Assembly (NCBI GenBank): GCA_013239625.1
Contig: MU054187.1
Span: forward strand, 23,002,795 to 23,066,794
Length of the DNA stretch: 64,000 nt
Source: Lama guanicoe
Lineage: Eukaryota
Reading direction: 5' to 3'
Shown: piece after piece, positions 14,196-25,430 of the stretch
Position numbering within the stretch: position 1 is the stretch's first letter
Layout: every line of letters starts with the position of its first letter
Translations under genes and position numbers: made by a program
The notes under the pieces: generated by a model
Told to the model about the DNA's origin: nothing
The model's input: only the letters and a program-made list of their open reading frames with translations
The model's database searches: none

Positions 14196-16148
14196 TAAGG
14201 GTATGGCTTTCTCGGCTCTCAGGCTGGGCATCAAATCTCCATAATCCCATCTGCCTTGACCTATAAATGGCTCCAAGCCCTAGCATTTGTCCTGTCTTGG
14301 AGAGTGGAGGGGAAGATGGGGGAACGTGGAGGAGGAGAGAAAACGTGGGGGAACCCTGACACCAACCTTCTTCATCTGCCCTATTTTGCAGGGAGTAATC
14401 AGTCATACTCTCTATGTTCTTTCAAATGATTCCATAAATGTGTTATTTTGGTAAACTATTTTCTTAAAATAGTTTCTGAGTCATGTTGAAAATTTAAATT
14501 TCTCCCACCCATATTTTTCGGTCTTCCTCTATCAATAATTAATATAACTGTTTTTCCAAGTTTTATTTTTGTGAGCTTAGAGAAGTGTCCACTTATTTTT
14601 TAATTTCTCATGTGAAGTGGCAAGTACTTAATATGCAGAAGGGTATTTTACATATAGTACTCATTTGTTAGAAGAATGACCTATTTTAATATGCCATGAA
14701 TTCAGAAGGAAATTAGATAATGAATCAATTGGAAATTAGATAATTAATCAATGATCATTTTCTCTGACATGCATTTCTATTCAGGATTTGCTTCTGCTTA
14801 GCCATACATGCTATTTATCTGCATATAAATATATATTTTTAAATAATAAAGAAGTAGCATTTAATATGGGCTAAAGTTTCTTTAGTATGAACCTTTCCAG
14901 AAATATTCAGCAAATGTAAAGTCTTTTCTAACCAGTATCTTTCTTAACATTAAAAAAGCAAACTGAGTATATTTATAAGGTAAACGTGTCCAAAAATACT
15001 TCCCCAAATTGAAGGTAAAGTTCCAAATAGCATTCATTAGCACTATTCTTTTATGTTGTTCTTTTACGAGTAGTCTAGTTTTACAGGGAGAACGGGTATC
15101 CATGTAGGTAATGCATGTCCTGCGTGAAGCTGCATCAGTCTTCCCGACACGCAGGTACGCTTCTACTCCAGAGCTGCGTTTCGCTCTGCTAGGCTAATGG
15201 GCTTGACTTCATCTCAGTTAAGAAGATGTCCTTTAACAATCTTTCTAATCACTAGTTTCCATTTAAACTGAGACCTTAACCATCCCAGTGCTGATGCTAA
15301 TGGCCAATTGGGAATTATCCTTCTTTATCATGACTTCTTCTAACTGATCAGAGAATTGATATAAAATAGTTTTATTAGGTTTGTGACTATTTTCTGGCAT
15401 ATGATAAACAGCAGAAAGAAAAAAACAATAACAATACCTGCTATTCACTGTGCATCAATCTTTCTGGTGTTCTTCTCCTTATTTACCTTGAAGACAAAAT
15501 CAAGTTTGTCCTTTTCATATTGGTCCAATGCTTTCAGGTTTTAGAGTAGGAATCTGAGTTTTGACAAGGCTCTTTAAAACCTAATTTTTAAATACAAATC
15601 AACCATTTATTTCCTAAATATTAATGAATAAAATTTCATCTACATAGTCCGTAACTAAATTTTTTCATTTAAGATTGTGTTATAAACCTTTGACTCTTTC
15701 TGTGGTGTTTGTCGTTTTTTATGTAACCCACAAGGAAAGGGTATAGAGATGATGATATTTATCTCAGCATCACTGATATACGATCTTTGTAATGGGAAGC
15801 AGGATCAGAGGCTGCATGAGTGAAATTTTAAAAAAAATAACACTAGAGAGGTGTAAAGTTTTTTTTTTAAGGCAATGGGAGTGATTAATTTTCTAGTCAA
15901 AAATAATATTTAAAATTTCTTATTGAACTATGATGAGACACATTATTTTTTGTAATGTCATTAAATTCACCCTACTTACCTGGATGAAAAGGGTTTTGCT
16001 GTATTGTCTTCATTAAAATAAACATTTTTTAATATTAGTATAAAGGCCATAGACAATTACTCTGGCAGCAAATGTCCCTTCTAAGGGGTGAGATTGCCTC
16101 ATAGGCTTTGCTGCAGTGGTTCCACTTTTCCATTCTTGCCTTGCCTTT

Positions 16149-16197
16149 CTTTTTTTCATACTTAGCTTTTTTTTTTTAGGCGGGGGGGTAATTAGGT

Positions 16198-16229
<32 letters not shown>

Positions 16230-16306
16230 TGGACGTACTGGGGATTGAACTCAAGACCTTGTGCATGTTAGGCATACACTCTACCACTGAGCTATACCCT
16301 CCCCCC
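16149..16306 (-). mobile_element. tRNA-derived camelid SINE (vic-1-like)
   Basis: Reverse complement reads ggggggagggtatagctcagtggtagag...gagttcaatcccc (A and B boxes), then (AAAT)n, cctaattaccccccc and an A tail. Confidence 0.88.
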
Positions 16307-16794
16307 TTATCTTGCCTTTAATACAAATTGCCATGATCCTTATTCTCTTTAATGTTATGTACGCTTCTCTATGAGCTATCTAAGGTTTAGAGGAGATTTC
16401 CAGCAGTGCATCTCTGCAGGCTAAGAATAATGGGTTTCTTTGCTATCTAAGTGCATCCTTTTCTTTAGCTGTAACAATTGCCAGAAGCCCCTATGTCTTC
16501 CTTTATGTCCTATTGATTGACTGAAAGAAGTAAAATCAGTCTCTACTATCATAGAACCTTTTCAAAGAGTGCTCTTTGCTTTGAAGAGTAGAATCTATGA
16601 AATGCATTTTCCAAGCCTATATACAATTTATAGATAATTCTACATATATTATAACAATAGTTGAAAATAACTTTATAGTATCACTGTTTGACTGTGAGAA
16701 ACATGATGTTAGGACAGTAGAAGAGTCACCATAAATTTTTATTTTAGCAAAATAAATGATTAATGACAAATAACCTTTTAATGTTTTTATTGTA

Positions 16795-16990
16795 ACTGAG
16801 TTCTGAAGATCTGAAGGTTAGGTATTCAGGGATTTTTTTTTGAACCAGTTGTTAAAACCATTAGCAGTTTGAAACTAACCATGGTAGAAATATCTTCACT
16901 GTAAAAATCAGCAAATTCTATGATTTGGGGCTTGCCCCACACTCCTCTTTATCTCTCTAGAACCAGACAGATTACTAGCTCACCATTGAT
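16795..16990. mobile_element. Non-autonomous hAT DNA transposon remnant (MER63-like)
   Basis: gaaactaaccatggtagaaatatcttcactgtaaaaatcagcaaa core and a tagctcaccattg end resembling MER63. Confidence 0.55.
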
Positions 16991-17218
16991 TTTACTGCCA
17001 AAGTCTTTATCAATGTTTACTTCTGTATTAGTTGTAGATATAAATACCAGATGTAAATTTTTATCATATATCAAGTATTGCCTATAAAATGGCACCCACT
17101 GGGAAATTTATTAGTAATAGTTGTTGAATTAAATATGTCAACTTTTATTGCCATAATACCTAAAATAATTTCTTATAGAAAAATGTGTGAAATAATGAAT
17201 TATCTCTCTTGTTTTCAG

Positions 17219-17328
17219 TGATAGTGGAAAGTGGAAATATAATCTCCTTTGTGGCTTATATTAATTCTGGATACTGTAAGATTTATAGAAATATTGTAGG
17301 ACTTTCCAAACCACAATCAAAAAAAGTG
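17219..17328 (+). CDS. CNBD1: Internal coding exon (110 nt, phase 1 to 0) of cyclic nucleotide-binding domain-containing protein 1; encodes (V)IVESGNIISFVAYINSGYCKIYRNIVGLSKPQSKKV
   Basis: Pyrimidine-rich acceptor tctctcttgttttcAG ending at 17218 and donor GTaagt at 17329. The frame is open and joins the next exon in frame. The peptide resembles CNB beta-strands and the mammalian CNBD1 sequence as I recall it. Confidence 0.92.
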
Positions 17329-17594
17329 GTAAGTTTTAAACTTTTGTATTCTTTTTAATCAATTAATCTTCCCTAATGAATAGGAATTATTGAACATATT
17401 GTCATGTGCTTATTAGACAATTGTTATTTGTCTTTTTTTTGTAAAATTTCTCATCAATTTTTTTGGACTTTTTTGCTGTGTTTCTTTTCTTCTTTGTATG
17501 GGTTGTAAGATATAGGAATGTAAAATAAGTTGTTAGACATGCTAAGTTGTAAGACTTAGGAATGAGCAATAAGCATGTTAAACAGATTCTGGAC

Positions 17595-18030
17595 ATCCTT
17601 ATTTAACAAAGAAATGCAAATTAAAACCACAACAAGCTACTGCTATATGCATATCAAATTGGCTAAAATATCCTTAACACATGACCCAGAAATTCCACTC
17701 TAGATATTTACTCAAGAGAAATGAAAATATGTGTTTACAGAAAGACTTACATGAATCTTCATAAGCCAAAAACTGTACGTAATCCAAGTGCCCATTGACA
17801 GTTGAATGGATAGAAAATTTTTGGAATTGTTTTTTCAATGAAATGTCATGCCTCAATAAAAAGAAACCATGATACATATGAGAATATGGATGAATCTCAA
17901 AGCATGAGATTGGGTAAAAAGTCAAACCAGGAGAGTGTATTCTGTGTGATTCCAGTTTTATGAAATTCAAGAATAAGCAAAACATTAATGCATAGTGACA
18001 GAAAAGTTAGAACTAGTTCATCTCGGTTGG
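17595..18030 (+). mobile_element. Old L1 (L1MC/ME-like) 3' fragment in the 1.6-kb intron
   Basis: aaagaaatgcaaattaaaaccacaa, catgacccagaaattccactctagatattta and atggatgaatctcaaa motifs. Confidence 0.8.
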
Positions 18031-18946
18031 TCAGGAGTCTTCAGTGGAATTCAATTTAATATGCCGATTTCATTGAATTCTCCTGTTATAGTCATATTCA
18101 GTGCAAAGATTCACCATTCATATCAGTGACATATCTTAGATATTGGCTTTTGACTCCAAGATACTTGGTAAAGACTTTCCCTTCTTGTGAGTTCCTGTCA
18201 CCCTCCTACCCTGAGGGCTATATTCAATTTTTTTTTCCAATCTTATTGCTCACCAGCTCATCCCTGTTTCAATACTGTTGAGCTCTCCCTGAGAAGATAA
18301 TTATGAGTTTCAACTTGTTCTCCAGAACCATGCATACTGAAAATACTGCAGGCTATTGTCCACAAAGTTCCTAATTTGGACCTAAATTGCTGGTTTCCTG
18401 AATCAAACACACTTTCCACTTCTTTTTTTAATTTTATTTAAACAGAAATGTCAGGGTAGAATTTCACCTTTTTGCAGTTAATCTCATCAGTTCCATTCCT
18501 GGCACACTCTGTTTATTTTCCTTCTTCTCTGTTCGTCCAACAAGTGTGCCTTGCAACAGGGGCTGAGATAACAAACAGTCATTCACAAAACATAGTAAGC
18601 TAAGTTATGCTTATAAAACGGCAGCCTAGGACCTTGCAAAATGGAATGAGCTCAGTATTTCCTAAGCATCTTGGTGGATTAAAACATTAAACTTGTAGAT
18701 CACTAAATGACAGTGATTTCAACTATCTTAGACATGCTGAAGTTGTCTTATCAACTTATTCTTGCCCAAATATAATTTAACTACACGTATAAGTAAATGT
18801 TTTCTCGGATTTGCATGAAACTGCTAAATTATTTTAACTACCATATACCAAAATCATTCGTGAACAGTGACTTTCTGATAGTAAACATATCTATCCATCT
18901 AATGCAAGGGGTTTCATTAAACAGCAATGATCTGTATCTTTTACAG

Positions 18947-19097
18947 AAAAAAGTTCAAAAACTTGTTTATATGGGTACACTTCAGGAAAAGGAGTCCTTT
19001 GGTGAGATTAGCGTTCTTCTTCAAGTTCCTTTTACATGCACAGTGGTCACTGGGAACAACGTTGAGATGGCCATAATTGAAGATAAGGACCTCTTTG
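18947..19097 (+). CDS. CNBD1: Internal coding exon (151 nt, phase 0 to 1); encodes KKVQKLVYMGTLQEKESFGEISVLLQVPFTCTVVTGNNVEMAIIEDKDLF, including the FGE phosphate-binding cassette
   Basis: Acceptor gtatcttttacAG ending at 18946 and donor GTaaat at 19098. It lies within ORF 18797..19189, carries the CNB FGE signature and is in frame with both neighbouring exons. Confidence 0.94.
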
Positions 19098-19130
19098 GTA
19101 AATACATAAATATCTTGTATTTAACTGTTA

Positions 19131-19653
19131 TGTTACCGGGAGAAGGAGAATCAAAATTACCTCCATTCTTAGTCACCCCCAAAAAGTGAATTTTTAATGA
19201 AAGACAAAAAGCATGATACAAACAGAAGATTTTATTAGAGAAGTAAAAAGGTAGTAACATATAGCACACCCCCGAGAACTTGGAGGGGGCCGACCCAAGA
19301 GAGGAAAAATGGCCCTGCTTCTTTGTTTTTCCTTGTATCCTAGCTTAGGGGGCATTTTCTTGATTAATTGATTGACAGCTCACATTCCTTGTACTCAGGC
19401 ATGGCCATTTCTTTTCCTCTTTGGGAAGTCTCCCCAGGCAATAGAAATAAACTTTCAATTGAAAAGATAGCAATTTCCAGTTTTGTTTACTGAGCATCCA
19501 TGGATGCTCAGTAAATGCCAGGATATAATAGATCCTTCCATCTTTGTAAAGTTGTGTTTGTGACTTTAGATCACGTTGAGTGCTTGACATGCTGACTCAT
19601 TTAAAATACACAAAGAATGCTGCACTGAATATCACTCTTCTACTGTTTTTACA
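19131..19653 (-). mobile_element. Probable ERV solo LTR, antisense to the host gene, starting 33 nt after the exon end
   Basis: Begins TGTTACC, has an antisense polyA signal (ttttatt, ~19229-19235) and plausibly ends in ACA at 19653. The right boundary is uncertain. Confidence 0.6.
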
Positions 19654-21922
19654 CGTTGCTTTTATAGAATGGCTATTCTACAGTTTTCAGTTCAATCATT
19701 GTTTATGTCTTATCTTGGTAATTTAATTATAAATTTCTTTAGGGCAAGGAATATGCCATTGTTCATTTTTATATCCCATAGCACCTACATCCTTCCTGGA
19801 TAAGCAGTAAATACTTTTTAAAATTTGTTAATAAACCCACTGATTTTCAAACACTTTCATAAATCTGGGTTAGTTTTCTGGTTTAGGATTCCTCTTGATG
19901 GTGCTCTCAAGTGGATTTTTTTCTCTTAATATTATGACAGGTGGGAAAGAACCTATGATTTTATAAACACTGATGACACTGAAAATCAGTCAATCTAACA
20001 ATAACTCTTGGTTACATGATACCTTTTTTGTCCACCAATATATGGTCTCCTTCATTCTCTTATGCACTTACATATAAATAATATATCCCATTATTAAAAT
20101 TCTTAAACTATTTCATAGAAAATTTTTTAATGATTTAAGGTCAATCAATTCACATACGTTAATTTTTCATTAGGTTTCCAGAACAAATTTCTCTCTTTGT
20201 GTGAAATGGCATGCTTCCTTTTAACAGGCAGTAAAATTCATGATAATTTCCACTTTTCCTAGATTGCTAGAAAGCATAAAGTTACCATTGCCTTTAATTG
20301 TGATAGCTTCCTTTACCAAGATAAACTCATTATTATTTCTTCCTTACCCTCCTTATTTTTTCATTTCTGCTACTTTAACCAATTTTTATTTATGATCATA
20401 TATTTATCTTGGATTCTTTCTGTAGATTTTAAGTTTTAAAAATACATAAATGCATCAAGTATCTGATATAGGAGTAGATAGATGAATTATTTCAACAGTA
20501 AAGAAAGGCAGAGTTTGCATATGTTCTTAATTAATGGGTTTAAACATTGGCTGGTATTTTTCTCTCAAGAAAATTGTTAGCATTGTTGGAAACTAGACTT
20601 TTCTAAAGACGATGATTGATGACCAGTACTACTTCTACTGACACAGAATTATAGAAGCATTAGTTCAATATATTTAGGTGAAGCCACCAACAACATAGGT
20701 GATATTAAAATAGATATTTGACCCTGAATACAAATAATACAATTTGAAATGCCGCCGGGTAGAATCTTGGCTTTCATACGTTATCACAAATGGAGTTCAT
20801 GCTGCAGCTCTTGCTTACCTGGACATGAAGCATTCTGATAATAATTAGTTCCGTTTTAGTCCTTAACTTTCATAGTTTTGATTAATTATATGATGCCTTA
20901 ATCATGAATTTATTTTCAGCAAATTTTGATAAGTCATATAAAATTGTAGGTAATATAGTATCTTCACTTAGAATATATTTTGTATGCTTCGTAATTGTAA
21001 TTTTCTATAAATGGAAGGAAATTATTATGGTTTTTTGGCTAATAGAAAATTACCGAGCCATGTCAGTGTGCCTCGCTGATTTAGCAGAAGATACAATACT
21101 AATCAGTTATCAAGTTCAAACCAACTTAAAGATTGATGAAAATCTTATATTTCTTAGACATGGTTTTAGAATTAGCTCACATAAAACTTCAGGCCAAGTT
21201 TCTCTGTAAAACTTACATTTCAATATTTTTAGAAAGACTCCAAATCTATATGTACACAAATTAATTTTATAAACTTATAACTGCATTGTATTCCTGATAA
21301 GTTTGAATATTTATATTACAAAAATCTGGGTTAATTATTGGAAACTAAAATAGTTTGTATCTGATTAATTTGGTGGTACAGCTTCTGATAATTCCAAACA
21401 TGCTTTCGTAGTCTAGTATTTTTACCTTCTGGCTATTTACCCGCAAGACTAATCCCCTGCACAATATTGATCCCTTACAGATAATTCATGAAAAAGAAAA
21501 ACAAAATGTAGGCCATAGTGCGACCCATCAATATGTACATGATAGTTACAGCCAACATGCATTATAGCCACTGAAACACAGTGAAATGAATATTTACTCT
21601 GCACTTCATCTGTCTTGTAATGTGCCACACTGTTTCTGAAGAATATTTCTGATATAATTCTTGTCTGATTGCTAAATGTTGACTATCATTCCATTTTTTA
21701 CAAAAGCATTTAACTGAGTAAAATGTGTCTTGTGAGTAATTAGATAAAATCATTTCTATTTACAGAGTTATGCACAAATAATGAGAATACTACATTTTAA
21801 AATCTGATTCCTTAACCCGAGACCCTAATAGGACAGTTTAAATAAAAGAAACTATCACTGAGGACTTTTGCTCCCATTGTCAATATTGACTTCCTCTACC
21901 ACCTTCTAGACCAGTGTGCCTG

Positions 21923-22310
21923 CGTGGCAGAGACGGACTAGAGGCTCGTCTTCTCTCTTCTCTCTTTCTAAGCACAGAGGAAAATTAAATTCCTCAGTCT
22001 CTTTTGCTGTTAGGTCGGAGCCATGTAACTGGCTCCAGTTAACAAAGTACAGGGAAACTGTTACAGCCTGGCCATGAAAGATGTCATATTTCATGATCTC
22101 ACTCACTGTCTGGAAGTGCAGTGCTCCAAGACAGCAGAACCACATGACGGTGGGAACTTGGGCCCTGGGATGGGACTGCCCATACGAATAACTCAGCCAG
22201 GAGCATCTGTATTAGACTCTGTGCAAGTGACGAACGTTTGTTGAATTAAGCAGCCAAGACTTCGGTTTGTTTGTTATAGCAACTAGAAAGCTTCTACCCT
22301 GAGTCAAACA
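21923..22310 (+). mobile_element. MaLR LTR (MLT1J-like)
   Basis: Start cgtggcagagacggactag and 3' end ttaagcagccaagacttcggtttgtttgttatagca...ccctgagtcaaaca typical of MLT1. Confidence 0.75.
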
Positions 22311-24092
22311 ACTGGCAAAAAGGCAAGATTTTCTGGGAATTTCTTAGAAAAGTAAAAGTTTCCAAACTAGGACATGAAATGAATGTGCTTTTCATGATCA
22401 TTCTTTTATTCTTAATATTTAGAAATCTACTCAAGATGAAGTGCAAGGCACATTTAGGAATAAGAAAATATATGTGTATAAAGAAGGTGTATGTTAAGAT
22501 TTAGCACAAGATTTAGAAGTATTTTTGGATATTTTTTGTCATAAGAACACCGTTTATACAAGAGATGGCAGAAACATAAATTCACCTCTTTAAAAAAAAT
22601 ACTGCACTTAAAAATCCCCTAGCAAAATAATTTTAAAAGCAGCTTAAAATTTAGTTACATATTTCTAGAACATAGCAAACGCCCTATACAGTTTTGGTGT
22701 CTATTAACACACAGAAAACTAAGTAGAACTTAGTAACTTACAAAGAGAAAGCAAAAAGTTAGAAAAATCAATAATCAAAATTAGCCTCAATAGATTATGT
22801 CAGATAAACATCCACCAAAATTTAATGAAAACTGATCAGGAAATATTTGCAGAGTTATCGGTAAATCTACTTGAAGATGATCACAATGGTCTTCTTTTCC
22901 AAAGGCATGAGATTCATAATAAGCAAGTCTTTATATTCAGTGTGAGCATTACACAGCTCCTCTTTTCTTAGGATGCTATAGCATAGATACTGAATTAAGG
23001 CTATTAGATTGAAATGTCAGGTTAGAAACCATCCAAAGTCTCAAAGGAAAAAAAAAATGAAATGCATTATAACATGTAAGACAAAACTTTCATTCTATAA
23101 TTTATAATGTCTTAGCATGTATAAAATTCCACAAAATTGCTTGTGGCTACCATTTGTTAGGAGTTCAATGTGAACTAAAATTAGTTCTAATTCCTAAATG
23201 CTTCCCTGACTTGCTTGTAGGAAATGCATTCATAACTCTACGTCCATCTATTTTCAGCCTTGGATCTATTGGAAAGATGTTGGTAAAAGATACATAGATT
23301 TCTTGGAGGAGGAATTTGCTCTGTCTCTGTAAAATTTAATAGTTTACTATTTATTTATATGTTGGCTAAAAATTCAGGATATTATGTAAGGAAAGGACTC
23401 CTCACATAAAATATTAACACATAATATTTCTGTACCTGCCGGGGCTCCTATGCTGTATGCTGTTCTATGCAGTTGTGCTAGACTTTTCTGATAGGCTCAT
23501 TCATTCTTTACAATAATGTTTATGTGTTGGTAGTTTATTGAACTTGTTAAAATAAGACAGATTTGAAAAAAATAACAGAATATTTAAAGATAAGTTAACA
23601 AATATCCAAACAAATGGCCTCTATAGAGATGTAGAATTAAGGTGCTCTGGGAATGTAGGCTTTGCTGGGACTTGAGAGCAGATTGGGTTAGAAAGTGAAT
23701 AGGGAGGTGGCAGGTACTCGGCTGGTGAATCAAAGAGGTCAGATGCAAGAATCAGGAGTGCCTAACTGGAGAACAGGAATTAGGATTCCAGAGAAGATTA
23801 TCTGGGCAATACAACATCAGGAAATGGGATTAAAATTGATGTGGAAAAATGGGTGAATATCTTGCAAGGGGGTTGAAAAATCAGAATAAAGCAAGAACAA
23901 TAAAATAAAATTAGATAGTTTGCCAAAGTCTTTGGTGACTGAGATGTTGCCTACATCCTTTTACAGCATCCAGTTCAGAAGACAAATGCATGTAGCTTGA
24001 TCAGAATGGATAGTTCAAGGGAAGATGAGGAAGGCATTTTTTTTTGCCACGTTCTATATTTGCAAATAAGCATTCAGTAAAGAATGTCCAGA

Positions 24093-24480
24093 TTCATCCA
24101 CTCATCATCCCTTTACCCACCTATCATTAGGTCAGTTAAGAAATAATTTTGAGCACCTGCATTACTGAGGCATTCTTCTGGGTGCTAGGGGAATGACACC
24201 TGAAAAAAAAACAAAACCTCATCACATCAGTTCATATTCTGATGAGATAAGAGGGAGACAATACACAATTAAGCACAAAACAGGAAACTTAATGACTATT
24301 TCAGATGAGTGAGGAGATAACAAATAACTGGAAGTGATAGACTAGAGAAATCCTAGAGGTACTTCTTTGGCTGTGGGGCAGGTAGACAGTGGTAAGAAGA
24401 TGTAAGAGTCAGGAGGTCACGATAAGGTATAGGATTACATTCTAGTTGTGAGGGAAAGTTTTAAAGACAGCTTAAGGAAG
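24093..24480 (-). mobile_element. L2 LINE fragment
   Basis: aaataatttttgagcacctgc...ttctgggtgctagggga motif. Confidence 0.6.
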
Positions 24481-24924
24481 GTTTCTACGGGAACCATGAT
24501 CAATAATTTTGGGAATCTTCACATGATGTTTCAACTTAGTATGTTACAGGCTGTAAAAATTGCAGTTAAGAAACTACTTAACTTTGAACCCAGTAGTTTT
24601 CAAATTGAGAACCCATTTGTTTCTAATAAAGTCTAGGCTTTCCAGTTGAGAATGGTGAGGATGGTACAATTTATTACTCATCTAAATTATGTGTTCTGTC
24701 CATCTCAAAGTATATGATGTGATCCAACCAAGTTGAACCCTTAAGATCTCTTCCCCCATAGCAGACATTCACATTCATTACTATAATTCTTTGTTCAATG
24801 CTAAGAGGCCTTTTTCTCTCCTAACTTTATATCAAAATCATATCTATCATCTATGACCTTATAAAAATTTCCTTTTCTATGAAGCTTTTACATCACATCA
24901 TTAATATTTTCCTTTGATGAAGAC

Positions 24925-25138
24925 AGAAGGAGGTGGTAAGAAGATCATGAATGTTTCAGTTAAAAATTCAGTAGTTTAACTTATGCTGTATCATTTCCTA
25001 AGAATTATGGTTGTAAGAAGTTACTCTAATCCTTAGATCCTAACGTTTTAACAGGAAAACTTGGTATAAAACTAATTACTTTCTGGAACTATGTGGACAC
25101 AAGTGAAAGCACTTAGAAAAGTCTCAGACACACATTTA
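24925..25138 (+). mobile_element. MIR SINE (degenerate)
   Basis: MIR-like 3' end gtgaaagcacttagaaaagtctcagacaca. Confidence 0.5.
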
Positions 25139-25202
25139 GACATGGATAGTCATAAAATTTTAGAATTGGATAATTTAATAGAAATCTGCATATTAGTAAT
25201 TA

Positions 25203-25430
25203 AAATAGCTAACATGTATTTTACTGAATTAACTTGTTTTATTTGCATTATTTCATTTAATCCTAATGACAATCCTTTGAGTTAAGCTTATTAAACCAAT
25301 TTTACATAAGAAGAAACTAAGGCTTATAGAACATAAGCCACTTGCACAAATACACGGGGGTTTGTAAGTTGTGGAGGCAGAATTGATTTTTGGTTACCGT
25401 GTTTTTCAAGCATGTTAACCCGTTACTATA
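25203..25430 (-). mobile_element. MIR SINE
   Basis: Antisense MIR core atttcatttaatcct...ccaattttacataagaagaaactaaggctta...cacttgcacaaa. Confidence 0.75.

Noticed and set aside
15974..15983. acttacctgg as a U1 snRNA 5' end or antisense consensus donor
   Set aside because: No further U1 similarity, no supported antisense exon, and such a 9-mer is expected by chance in 64 kb.
24925..25430. Oppositely oriented MIR pair as a dsRNA or editing substrate
   Set aside because: Both copies look too diverged to form an extended duplex.
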